A stretch of 39,959 bases of DNA from a virus (IMGVR_UViG_3300027974_000025); one strand, 5' to 3'; numbered from the stretch's first letter, positions 11,387 to 21,031 are shown. Numbers and translations are program-made. The notes: generated from the letters alone by a model not told the origin.

Positions 11387-14300
11387 TGAGTTGTCAAACA
11401 GGTATAAAAACTGCAGTTGAGAAATATGTACAGAACAAGCCTTACTTAAACTTTGATGGTAAGGACTTTATAGAAGTGAGGACATCTCCTAAAGAGAAAG
11501 TTAATCCTGAAAACTACTATGGAGTGGCACGTTCTGTGGCAGACACTCTTAACAAAGCAATCAATTCTGAAATTGCCCTAGGGAAAGTATTCTATCCAAA
11601 AGCATATTCAGATAAGATAGGAGTTATTATTGCTCCTACAGTGAAGCAGTTGGATGCTTTGAATGCAAAAGATGCAGCTGAGCTTGATCAAGCTTTGGCT
11701 GAATTAGATATTGAGATACCTGAGGCTAATAGATTAGATCTTGAGAATGACACTACATTTGGTGTTAACTCTGATGGAGATAGCATTTTATTACAAACAG
11801 GAGAAATACCTGCTTCTAAAGCAGCCCCTCAAACTGTAAGTCTTGTTAAAGATCTTTTAAATAGAATAGGTGTAGATATTAAAACATTACAAGCTATAGA
11901 GGTAGATGGTGTTAAGCAAGACGTAAATGGTGTTGCTGACATTATGCAAAAGCTTGTAAAGGTAACTCAAGGTAAAGAAGATGTAGCTCTTACAGAAGAA
12001 GCTATGCACTTTGTTGTAGAAATACTAGAGCAAAAGAATCCTCAGTTATTTAATAGATTGCTAGGAGAAATCAACAGTTACAAAATGTACTCTGATGTCC
12101 TAGCTACATATGGTAAGTATAAACAATATCAAACTGCTGATGGCAAACCTAACATCAGAAAGTTAAAGGTGGAGGCTATTGGTAAAATATTAGCTGAAAC
12201 TATTATTAAAAAGAATGAAGGTTCTACAGAGAAGCCAGAACTATTGGCTAGTGTAGAAGGTTGGTGGAACCAAATAGTTGAATTTATTAAAGGATTATTT
12301 GTTAAGTCTGGCTTTGACCAAGCTGCAATGATGGTGTTGGGTGGTGAAGAAATTGGAAACGTTGATGATATTAGAAATGCTGAAGGTGTATATTTCCAAC
12401 AAAATATTAATTCTCAACAGGCTATAATTGATAAGCTAAGATTTACTAGTGATCAGATTACAAAAGATGACACTGGTTATTTAATCAATGGTAATAGAAT
12501 CAAAAGAAGAGTTACTGACTTTGTTAAGGATTGGTATAGCACAAGATTTGCTAACAAAGATTTGACTAAGTCTGAGTATGACCAAGCTGTAGATGATCTT
12601 AAGAAAGAAAAAGGTACAGCAGGACATGCTGATATTGAGCATATGCTTAAAGACTATTTCTTAAATGAAGATGGTACATTAAGACCTGAGAATGAAAGAC
12701 CTGATGATAATGGATATGTGTCTCAGTTAAATCCTAAGAACAAAGACTTGTACACTATATTAAAGAAAAACATGGCTGCTCGTTTGGAACAATTTAACCA
12801 AACAGCTCCTGGTACTAAGTTTCTTGCTGAGATGACTGTATATGATGCATCACGTGACGTAGCTGGTACTATAGACTTTATTGCTGTTACTCCTGAAGGA
12901 AAGGTGAGCATCTTAGACTGGAAATTTATGGACGTAAATGTTCAAAGATATAAAGATGTTCCTTGGTATAAAGTGAATGCTTGGAGACAACAGATGAAAC
13001 AATACAAGTCTATTGTAGAAAAAGCATATGGTGTTAAGCCAGAAGACTTTGAACAAACAAGAATGATTCCTATCAGAGCAATATATTCTGGAGCTATTCC
13101 TAAAGAAGGAGTGCTACCACAATTAACAGGTGTTCAGATAGGAGATGTAGATTTAAAGAAAGAAGAACTAGCATACTTACTACCTGTAGGACTAGAGATT
13201 GAAAAGACTGGTATCACTAAAATAGATACATTAATTGAGAAGCTTAATAAGATATATGACACCATATCTTCTAAGAAAGCTACTCTTGAAGAGAAGAGAA
13301 GTAAAGCTGAGTTATTGAATTCATTGTATGAGTCTATCAGACAATTACAGATGAGACAAAACGTTGAGCCTTTGTTAAAGCAAGCTAAGTTATTAAATGC
13401 TGAGGTTCAAAGAGTTATAGATAATTACAATAATGTATGGAAAGGAAAAGAGGCTGCTTCATTTACAAATAAACAAAAGAATGAATTTTCTGATAAGATC
13501 TTATCTTATGAAACATCTTTGATGGTGTATACATCTTTGGCAACAGACTTAAAGACTTTGTTTAAGAAAGACTTATCTGAGAAAGATCAAGCTTTGTGGC
13601 AAGATATTAGGAACACTGCAGAAAATGCAAATGAACTTGAGGCTGATCTTGAAGAAGTGAGAAAAGACTTTGCTGAGAATGTTATTGCTAAGAGTGAAAA
13701 TGTTATGGACTTCTTAAAGCCAGAGAAGGTGATTAAGGGGTTTGCCAAAGCTTTTGGAACAACTTCTGTAATCCAGCTTAAGTCTACTGAGATTTTATAT
13801 AAGATGGCTAACAGAGCATTTGGTCTTGCATCTATTGAAACATCAGAACAAGGTGCTGAGTTATTAAAGATTAAAGAAAAGTATGATAAGTGGGCTAAAG
13901 GTAAAGGACTTACAAATAAAAATTACTTTGATATTATCAAGAAAAAAGGAAAGAATGAGTTAATCAATGAGTTTGATTCTGAGTTCTATAAGACATTGAA
14001 GAGTAAGATTGCTAATAAAGATTATGATTGGGTGAGAGAGAACATAGATGTAGTTAAGTATAATGAATTTTTGAGTGACAAAAAAGAAAAAGAAATTAAG
14101 ATAATAGAAGATAAGGTTAGATTTGAAGATGAAGAGACAGCAAATAAAGATAAAAAGAGAGAGATAGCTGATACAAATGCATTATATAACACATCTACTT
14201 CTGAGTCTCCTGGTTGGTTATTGTATGAATTTGTTAGTAAGTTTCCTAAGAGAGACACATGGGAATCAGAAGAATGGAAGAACCTTACTAAACCTGAGAA

Positions 14301-16395
14301 TGCACCAGCTAAAACATTCTTTGATTACATCAGAAAGAGAAATGAATACCTAGAACAGATTCTTTATATTAACAAATCTGATGCAAGAACATTCTTACCA
14401 TTTGTAAGAAAAAGTCTTACAGAGAAGATTGTAATGGGTGGTGAGTTTAAACTTGGTGAATCTTTACTAAGAAATATTACTATTACAGAAGGCGATGTTG
14501 GTTATGGTGAGATTGATCCTATTACCAAACAACCTGTATATAATATCCCTAAATACTTTACTAGAGAAACTACAGAAGAAGCAAGTGAAGACTTGTTTAG
14601 AAACATGACTCTATTAAATGGTATGGCTATTCGTTATGAATATTTAAGCAATATTGAACATCAGTTAAACTTAATTATAAAAGTTGAAGGTAATAAAGAA
14701 GCTATCAAGACATCTTACTTTAGTACAACTAAATATAAACCAGATGGTACTGTAGAAACAACATCAGATAACTCTGACAACACTAAGTTGGTAAGAGACA
14801 TGATGGAAGCCATTGTGTATGGCCATAAGTATGTTGAAAGTGAAAACTTTGACCAACTACTAGGTGGTATTTCAAACTTTGGTAAAAGAGCAAATAAAGT
14901 CTTAGGTAGAAAGGTATTCACTGAAGACTATGATGATGCTCAGATATCTTTGAACAAGACAATCACACAGTTAAATAATGTGTTCCAAATGAAGACATTA
15001 GGATTGAATCCTATCTCAGCTCTATCAAACTTCTTAGGTGGTAGCTTCCAGAGTTATATCAATGCTGGTAAATTCTTTACAAAGGCAGACTTTGTACGTA
15101 ATGAGTTTATGATGGCTGGTAAGATGAATGGTGTGGATTCTAAGAAATACATAGGAGCATTACAATACTTCCAACCTTTGACAGAAAACTACAATAGCAT
15201 TCTTGCTAAAGAGTTGTCTGTTAGTAAGTTTAGTCAAGAAGGAATACAAGACTTCTTAATGATCTTGATGAGAACTGGAGATCAGTATGTACAGTCTATC
15301 AACTTCTTTAGCTACTTAGAAAACTCTATTGTAGAAGATGGTAAGGTGTTTAACGTAAGAGAATATCTTAAGAAACAGCCAGAGTTTGCTAATATGTTTA
15401 CAGGAACTGCTGAACAAAGAAGTCAATTAAAAAATAAGTTTGAGTTAGAGGTTAAAAAACTACTTGATGAAAAAGGATTCATGAAGGTAGCTAAGATGGA
15501 AGGAAATGAGCTTGTGGTAGAAGGTTTAGATAGAAAGTCTGAAAGTGTGATTGAACTTAGAAGAAAGGTACAGTCTATTACTAAAGATGCGTTGGGTAAC
15601 CTATCTGAAGATGAGGTTAGAAAAATTAACTTAAACATCTATGGTAAGTCATTTATGGTATTTAAAGGTTGGATACCAAGACTTGTGGACGTAAGATTTG
15701 GTAACTTAAAATATAACTCAGCTACAGAAGCTTATGAGTGGGGTAGAACTAGAAACATGTTCAGACTTCTAACAGAAGACTTCATGGGTTCTGTTGATAG
15801 CTTAATTAGTTCTATAAAAGGAGATGACCAAAAGTTTGTCGATCAAATAAAGAATCTTTATGAATCAAAAAGATCTGACTATGAGAAAGATACAGGTAAA
15901 GAACTAAGGATGACAGAAGGGGAGTTTGTGGAATTAGTAAGTAATAATATACGTAACCAAATGACAGACTTCATGTTCTATCTTGCATTGTCTACACTAA
16001 TCATAGGAGCCAAAGCAGCAGAACCAGGAGATGATGATGATAAAGCCACAAAGAATAGATATAAGTATATGCTTAGAGTGATGGATAAAATACGAGATGA
16101 GGTTGCTTATTTCTACAATCCAACATCCTTCTTGGGCCTAACCACATCAGGAATCTTCCCAGCAATAAGTTACTTGGAAAACTTCAAGAAGCTGTTCCTA
16201 AACTTTGGTATAGAGATGTATGCTTTAGGAGTAGGAGATGAAGAGTTAGCAAAGAAAAATCAAGTGGTTAAGTATGCATTGAAAGGATTCCCTATAGCTT
16301 CACAAGTAGATGCTGTTCTGTTAATGTTCTACCCAGATATAGCTAAAGATCTTGGTATGAAGGCACAATCTGAAGCTAAACCATTTGGTAAATAA
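11386..16395 (+). CDS. Large virion cargo/ejection protein with a degenerate zincin-like motif and a PD-(D/E)xK (RecB/Cas4-like) nuclease domain
   Basis: 1669 aa, TAATG-coupled to the RNAP gene. EEAMH at nt 11995-12009. GTAGH (12613-12627), GTIDF (D at 12874), ILDWK (D-x-K at 12916-12924) and a downstream QMKQY match the PD-(D/E)xK pattern. Hydrophobic stretch FMFYLALSTLIIGA near the C-terminus. Confidence 0.75.
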   Translation: MSCQTGIKTAVEKYVQNKPYLNFDGKDFIEVRTSPKEKVNPENYYGVARSVADTLNKAINSEIALGKVFYPKAYSDKIGVIIAPTVKQLDALNAKDAAELDQALAELDIEIPEANRLDLENDTTFGVNSDGDSILLQTGEIPASKAAPQTVSLVKDLLNRIGVDIKTLQAIEVDGVKQDVNGVADIMQKLVKVTQGKEDVALTEEAMHFVVEILEQKNPQLFNRLLGEINSYKMYSDVLATYGKYKQYQTADGKPNIRKLKVEAIGKILAETIIKKNEGSTEKPELLASVEGWWNQIVEFIKGLFVKSGFDQAAMMVLGGEEIGNVDDIRNAEGVYFQQNINSQQAIIDKLRFTSDQITKDDTGYLINGNRIKRRVTDFVKDWYSTRFANKDLTKSEYDQAVDDLKKEKGTAGHADIEHMLKDYFLNEDGTLRPENERPDDNGYVSQLNPKNKDLYTILKKNMAARLEQFNQTAPGTKFLAEMTVYDASRDVAGTIDFIAVTPEGKVSILDWKFMDVNVQRYKDVPWYKVNAWRQQMKQYKSIVEKAYGVKPEDFEQTRMIPIRAIYSGAIPKEGVLPQLTGVQIGDVDLKKEELAYLLPVGLEIEKTGITKIDTLIEKLNKIYDTISSKKATLEEKRSKAELLNSLYESIRQLQMRQNVEPLLKQAKLLNAEVQRVIDNYNNVWKGKEAASFTNKQKNEFSDKILSYETSLMVYTSLATDLKTLFKKDLSEKDQALWQDIRNTAENANELEADLEEVRKDFAENVIAKSENVMDFLKPEKVIKGFAKAFGTTSVIQLKSTEILYKMANRAFGLASIETSEQGAELLKIKEKYDKWAKGKGLTNKNYFDIIKKKGKNELINEFDSEFYKTLKSKIANKDYDWVRENIDVVKYNEFLSDKKEKEIKIIEDKVRFEDEETANKDKKREIADTNALYNTSTSESPGWLLYEFVSKFPKRDTWESEEWKNLTKPENAPAKTFFDYIRKRNEYLEQILYINKSDARTFLPFVRKSLTEKIVMGGEFKLGESLLRNITITEGDVGYGEIDPITKQPVYNIPKYFTRETTEEASEDLFRNMTLLNGMAIRYEYLSNIEHQLNLIIKVEGNKEAIKTSYFSTTKYKPDGTVETTSDNSDNTKLVRDMMEAIVYGHKYVESENFDQLLGGISNFGKRANKVLGRKVFTEDYDDAQISLNKTITQLNNVFQMKTLGLNPISALSNFLGGSFQSYINAGKFFTKADFVRNEFMMAGKMNGVDSKKYIGALQYFQPLTENYNSILAKELSVSKFSQEGIQDFLMILMRTGDQYVQSINFFSYLENSIVEDGKVFNVREYLKKQPEFANMFTGTAEQRSQLKNKFELEVKKLLDEKGFMKVAKMEGNELVVEGLDRKSESVIELRRKVQSITKDALGNLSEDEVRKINLNIYGKSFMVFKGWIPRLVDVRFGNLKYNSATEAYEWGRTRNMFRLLTEDFMGSVDSLISSIKGDDQKFVDQIKNLYESKRSDYEKDTGKELRMTEGEFVELVSNNIRNQMTDFMFYLALSTLIIGAKAAEPGDDDDKATKNRYKYMLRVMDKIRDEVAYFYNPTSFLGLTTSGIFPAISYLENFKKLFLNFGIEMYALGVGDEELAKKNQVVKYALKGFPIASQVDAVLLMFYPDIAKDLGMKAQSEAKPFGK

Positions 16396-16438
16396 ACAGT
16401 ATAGTTATTGCTATATTATGTAGGAATAATTATTCTAA

Positions 16439-16471
16439 CTCATTGAAACTAAATTAAATTCGCTATTTTTG
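16439..16471 (+). promoter_or_regulatory. Bacteroidota housekeeping-sigma-type promoter upstream of the fibre gene block
   Basis: TATTTTTG (TAnnTTTG consensus) at 16464-16471, with CTCATTG ending 18 nt upstream (16439-16445), inside a 152-nt intergenic gap. Confidence 0.6.
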
Positions 16472-16476
16472 CGTAT

Positions 16477-16509
16477 ATAGGTGTACACTTTCCCATAGTA
16501 TACACCTAT
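16477..16509 (+). promoter_or_regulatory. Inverted repeat / stem-loop at the predicted 5' end of the fibre transcript
   Basis: ATAGGTGTACACT-ttcccat-AGTATACACCTAT: 13-bp stem with one C-A mismatch and a 7-nt loop. Confidence 0.55.
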
Positions 16510-16547
16510 TTGTATATCAATTACTTATACATTATTATTATTAATAT

Positions 16548-19500
16548 ATGGATCCTATTTGCTCTGCTGAACCATGTCCAGTCATACTGAATTCCACCTG
16601 CGTATTTTACGAGGGTGCTAATTTGTTATACACTGGTATCAATACTAATGACAGCTTACAAACTGCTCTACAAAAAATAGATGCTAAGTTTCAGGAAGCT
16701 GCCATAGGATACATATTTAATAATGGTGTTTTTCAATCTGGACCAGGATTACCTGTAGGGCTTGGAGGAACACTAAATCAGAATACAGTCATTACTAGCA
16801 ATGGGTATACATTCAGAATGACAGGAACTATTGAATCAGCAGGATTCATAACCACTGGGGGAACATCATCAGACTTTGTTAAAGGAGATGGTAGCTTAGA
16901 TCCAAATTCCTATCAACCAGCTGGTAACTATATTACAGGATTGGTGGGTGATGGTACAGCAACAGGTCCTGGATCTGTAGCTTTAACATTAGCTACAGTG
17001 AATGCTAACCCTGGTACATATGGTAGTGGAACATCTGTTCCTATCATTACAACTGATGCTAAGGGTAGAATAGTTAATATTAGTTCTGCATCTATTCCTT
17101 TTGCTTCTAGCACTATTATTATTGTAGGTGACATGAGTGGTTCAGGAACCATAGGCACTCCTGTTACACTAACATTGAACTCAGTTAATAGCAATGTTTA
17201 CGCTAGTAATACATTCTTAAAGGTGGCTGTAAATGGTAAAGGATTAGTTACATCAGCAGTTACAGTGGGACCTGGAGACATCATCACAGCATTAGGATAC
17301 ACTCCTGTTCCAGACACTCGCACCATTACAATCAATGGTGTTACAAGAGATCTATCTGCTAACAGAACATTCAATGTAGGTACAGTGACAAGTGTAGGCA
17401 TAACTATGCCTTCAGGTTTTACAGTGTCAAATAGTCCCATTACATCTAATGGAGTTATTAATATAACAGCCAATGGTACTATTAGTCAATATATAAGAGG
17501 TGATGGTTCTATAGGTACATTCACTGCTAGTACAAGTGGTAGTTCAGGTACTGCTGGAACTAGTGGTAGTTCAGGAACTAGTGGATCTAGTGGGACAGTT
17601 GGTACAAGTGGGACTAGTGGAACTAGTGGAAGTTCAGGAACTAGTGGTACAGCTGGTACCAGTGGAACAAATGGTTCAAGCGGTACAAATGGTTCAAGTG
17701 GTACAGCAGGAACTAGTGGCACTACAGGTACAAGTGGGTCATCTGGTACAAGTGGATCGTCTGGTACAGTGGGTACTAGTGGTACATCAGGGTCTAGTGG
17801 AACTAGTGGTACAACTGGTACATCAGGAACTACTGGTACATCTGGGAGAAATGGTACTAGTGGTACAACAGGCACATCAGGTACAAGTGGTTCTACAGGA
17901 ACTACAGGTACAAGTGGAACTAGTGGCACTACAGGAACAAGTGGTACAGCAGGAAGCTCTGGTGTAAGTGGTATCTCTGGTGGTCAGATTTATTGGCTAA
18001 ATCTATCTAATAATACAAACACTGCTTTTGGCACACCTACATATAAACAATGGAGTCCTAATCCGTCTGGTGCTGCACAGCAAACAACTAGTATTACATT
18101 AGGTGCTTCAGCTAGTGGAACAGTTGCAACCTTTGCAACAGATAGTGGTGTTCCAAACATCACTTCATTAAATGGAGGTAACTGGGCTTGGACATTACAC
18201 TTCTTATCTAGTGCTAGTTCAACATGGGATTTAGATGTACGTTTATATAAATATACAATAGGTGGTGTTTCTACATTATTAGGAACTACAAATAACGTTG
18301 TAACAACAATTGATGGAACAATTGTTGCACAAATATATCTCGACACATTCATACCTGCACAATCATTAAATGCAACAGATAGGTTGTATTGTGAAGTGTA
18401 TGTTATAAATAATGATAGTGTAAGTAGAACATTAACTTTCTATACAGAAGGTTCAACGTATTACTCTTACGCACAAACCACATTCAATGCACCTTCAGGT
18501 ACCTCTGGTACAGCAGGGGCTAATGGTACATCAGGAACTAATGGCTCATCAGGAACATCTGGCTCCACTGGTACCACTGGTACATCTGGCACGTCTGGAA
18601 CTAGTGGATCTTCAGGTACAAGTGCATCTAGTGGATCTAGTGGAACAAGTGCTTCTTCAGGAACTAGTGGATCTACAGGTACTTCAGGTACCTCTGGTAC
18701 ATCAGGTTCATCTGGTATATCTGGTTCTAGTGGAACTAGTGGGTCTAGTGGAACTAATGGTTCTAATGGATCTTCTGGTTCATCAGGAACTAATGGTTCT
18801 TCTGGAACCAATGGATCTAGTGGTACTACTGGTACATCTGGAATAAGTGGTACTAGTGGTTTATCTGGTTCATCTGGTACAACTGGAACAAGTGGTTCAT
18901 CAGGAACCACAGGTACTAGTGGCTTTAGTGGAACTAGTGGGTCTAGTGGAACTAATGGTTCTTCAGGAGTTAATGGAACATCAGGAACTAATGGTTCTAG
19001 TGGTATAACAGGAACTAATGGATCTAGTGGTACATCAGGAACCGCAGGTACTAGTGGTACTAGTGGAAGCTCTGGCTCTTCTGGAACAGATGGTTCTAGT
19101 GGAACAAGTGCTAGTTCTGGTACAAGTGGATCTAGTGGTACAAATGGTTCTTCAGGGTCTTCAGGAACAAGTGGAAGTTCTGGTTCTACAGGAACGAGTG
19201 GTTCTAGTGGAATAAATGGAAATGGAACAGCTGGTACTAGTGGTGTTGGTTCTCCTGGTACAGCTGGAACTTCAGGTGTTGGTAGTCCTGGAACAAGTGG
19301 AACAAGTGGATTAAATGCTACAGCTGGTACTAGTGGAGTTAGTGGAAATGGAACAGCTGGAACAAGTGGAGCTACATTTGGTACTGCAGGTACTAGTGGT
19401 AATGCCTCAATATTAACTAGTCCTTCTACAACAACAATTCAAATTCCTCTTGCTACATATATAATTGGGCAAGCTGCTCTTGGTGGTATAATAGCATATA

Positions 19501-21029
19501 TTCTTCAATCTGGAGATCCAGGATATATTTCAAGTGCTCAGAAAGGTTTAGTGGCAACAACTGCAAATACTTCAACAGGTGCACAATGGGGATGTCAAGG
19601 AACTACTATATCAGGAGCAGATGGAACTGCAATAGGAACAGGTAATCAAAACACCATTGATATAATGGCTGGTTGTGCTACAGCAGGAATTGCTGCTAGA
19701 TTATGTGGTGATTTAGTAGAAGGAGGATATGACGACTGGTATTTACCAAGTAAAGATGAGTTAAATAAATTGTACTTAAATAAAATAGCTATTGGTGGTT
19801 TTGCGAATAACTCCTATTATAGTTCTACAGAGGCCAGCGACATCTTCGCGTGGGCCCAGGATTTCATCGCTGGCGGTCCATACGTCAACGCTAAGTCCAA
19901 CAATAGCTATGTTCGCGCCATTAGATCATTTGATGCATCTCTAGTAACATTAACTGTAAATACAGGACTTGCTTTTACAACTGGGCAGTTTGTTCAAGTT
20001 ATAAATAGTTCTACTAATTATATATTTGGACAAATTGTATCATATAATTCTAGCACAGGTGAATTAGTTATTACAGCAAGTACTACAAGTGGTAATGGTA
20101 CATTTAGTTCTTGGATAGTTGTTGCTGGTGGTAATAATGGCTCTAGTGGAACTGCAGGTACATCTGGTTTAACTGGTTCTTCTGGTACAGATGGATCTAG
20201 TGGACAAACATATGGTACTTCTGGAACCTCAGGAACAAATGGAACAAGTGGGACATCAGGAACATCTGGTACAAATGGATCAAATGGATCTAGTGGAACT
20301 ACTGGTACTTCTGGTACAAATGGTTCAGCAGGAACTAGTGGAGCAACCTTTGGTACAGCTGGTACTTCTGGAGCTACCTTTGGAACTGCAGGAACGTCAG
20401 GAGCTACCTTTGGAACTAGTGGTACTAGTGGATTTGCTATATCAGAAATTGCTATTTCTGGTACACAAAATGGATCAAATAAAACATTTACATTAGCATC
20501 TGCTCTTATAATAGGAACTGTACATCAGTTTTATTTAAATGGTCAATTGTTAGTTTATACTAATGACTACACTATATCAGGAACAACATTAACCTTTGCT
20601 ACAGACAGACCTGCTCCTACACCATCTGATGCTTTGAAAATATATGGAGCTGTTGGTGGATCTACTATGGCAGGTATTCCTTTAGGTGGATCTACAGGAC
20701 AGGCTTTATTAAAAGCTTCAGCTACAAACTATGATGTTGTATGGGGAGATGTATTAAACATACAACAAATCAATGGCCAATCTGGTAATATAACAGCAGG
20801 TAATGCACCAGAAGTAATTTATGTATATGAGTTTACAGGAGCTGGTACACTTACATTACCTACAGCTGTAGGAAATTCTTGTATTTATAAAATAAAAAAT
20901 AGGGCTAGTGTTAATATTTTTGTTACCTTTACATCTGGACAGAATGCTGATGGGTCTACAAGTATATCATTAACACCATATACAGCGTTAGACTTTATAT
21001 CAAATAACTCAAATTATAATATTTATTAA
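16548..21029 (+). CDS. Multidomain collagen-like tail/capsid fibre with an internal DUF1566/C-type-lectin-fold domain
   Basis: 1493 aa. Cys-containing N-terminal module; TDAKGR/VNGKGLVT shaft-type motifs; three Gly-X-Y tracts; YIIGQAALGGIIAY...DDWYLPSKDEL...SSTE...AW...VRAIRSF (nt 19458-19931); C-terminal FYLNGQLL...DYTISG and GGSTGQALLKAS fibre modules. Confidence 0.82.
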   Translation: MDPICSAEPCPVILNSTCVFYEGANLLYTGINTNDSLQTALQKIDAKFQEAAIGYIFNNGVFQSGPGLPVGLGGTLNQNTVITSNGYTFRMTGTIESAGFITTGGTSSDFVKGDGSLDPNSYQPAGNYITGLVGDGTATGPGSVALTLATVNANPGTYGSGTSVPIITTDAKGRIVNISSASIPFASSTIIIVGDMSGSGTIGTPVTLTLNSVNSNVYASNTFLKVAVNGKGLVTSAVTVGPGDIITALGYTPVPDTRTITINGVTRDLSANRTFNVGTVTSVGITMPSGFTVSNSPITSNGVINITANGTISQYIRGDGSIGTFTASTSGSSGTAGTSGSSGTSGSSGTVGTSGTSGTSGSSGTSGTAGTSGTNGSSGTNGSSGTAGTSGTTGTSGSSGTSGSSGTVGTSGTSGSSGTSGTTGTSGTTGTSGRNGTSGTTGTSGTSGSTGTTGTSGTSGTTGTSGTAGSSGVSGISGGQIYWLNLSNNTNTAFGTPTYKQWSPNPSGAAQQTTSITLGASASGTVATFATDSGVPNITSLNGGNWAWTLHFLSSASSTWDLDVRLYKYTIGGVSTLLGTTNNVVTTIDGTIVAQIYLDTFIPAQSLNATDRLYCEVYVINNDSVSRTLTFYTEGSTYYSYAQTTFNAPSGTSGTAGANGTSGTNGSSGTSGSTGTTGTSGTSGTSGSSGTSASSGSSGTSASSGTSGSTGTSGTSGTSGSSGISGSSGTSGSSGTNGSNGSSGSSGTNGSSGTNGSSGTTGTSGISGTSGLSGSSGTTGTSGSSGTTGTSGFSGTSGSSGTNGSSGVNGTSGTNGSSGITGTNGSSGTSGTAGTSGTSGSSGSSGTDGSSGTSASSGTSGSSGTNGSSGSSGTSGSSGSTGTSGSSGINGNGTAGTSGVGSPGTAGTSGVGSPGTSGTSGLNATAGTSGVSGNGTAGTSGATFGTAGTSGNASILTSPSTTTIQIPLATYIIGQAALGGIIAYILQSGDPGYISSAQKGLVATTANTSTGAQWGCQGTTISGADGTAIGTGNQNTIDIMAGCATAGIAARLCGDLVEGGYDDWYLPSKDELNKLYLNKIAIGGFANNSYYSSTEASDIFAWAQDFIAGGPYVNAKSNNSYVRAIRSFDASLVTLTVNTGLAFTTGQFVQVINSSTNYIFGQIVSYNSSTGELVITASTTSGNGTFSSWIVVAGGNNGSSGTAGTSGLTGSSGTDGSSGQTYGTSGTSGTNGTSGTSGTSGTNGSNGSSGTTGTSGTNGSAGTSGATFGTAGTSGATFGTAGTSGATFGTSGTSGFAISEIAISGTQNGSNKTFTLASALIIGTVHQFYLNGQLLVYTNDYTISGTTLTFATDRPAPTPSDALKIYGAVGGSTMAGIPLGGSTGQALLKASATNYDVVWGDVLNIQQINGQSGNITAGNAPEVIYVYEFTGAGTLTLPTAVGNSCIYKIKNRASVNIFVTFTSGQNADGSTSISLTPYTALDFISNNSNYNIY
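17538..17978 (+). repeat. Uninterrupted (Gly-X-Y)49 tract, X/Y almost all Thr/Ser, no proline
   Basis: Translation GSS GTA GTS GSS GTS...GVS GIS; 49 triplets counted by hand. Confidence 0.92.
18498..19400 (+). repeat. Second Gly-Thr/Ser-Ser collagen-like tract (~300 aa) with a few interruptions
   Basis: GTS/GSS/GTN triplets. Interruptions are Gly-to-Ala (TSASSG) and short inserts (GNG, GVGSPG, GATF). Confidence 0.9.
19803..19931 (+). other. Putative diversity-generating retroelement variable region (VR)
   Basis: 19 of 37 codons in 19809-19919 end in C, with about 10 CpG in ~120 bp of an otherwise CpG-poor, A/T-third-position sequence. The variable codons are explainable as AAY derivatives (gcc agc gac atc ttc) between fixed SSTE / AW / F / G / K / VRAI scaffold codons. 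Confidence 0.75.
20130..20432 (+). repeat. Third Gly-Thr/Ser-Ser collagen-like tract with GQTY/GATF interruptions
   Basis: Translation GNNGSSGTAGTSG...GTAGTSGATF x3...GTSG. Confidence 0.88.
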
Positions 21030-21031
21030 AT

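Noticed and set aside
256-15638. Short alternative-frame and antisense ORFs inside the two giant genes
   Set aside because: They are fully nested, show no recognisable motifs, and are expected opposite long AT-rich genes.
17538-20432. CRISPR array or non-coding tandem repeat
   Set aside because: The periodicity is 9 nt at codon level with synonymous variation inside an open frame; there is no repeat-spacer structure.
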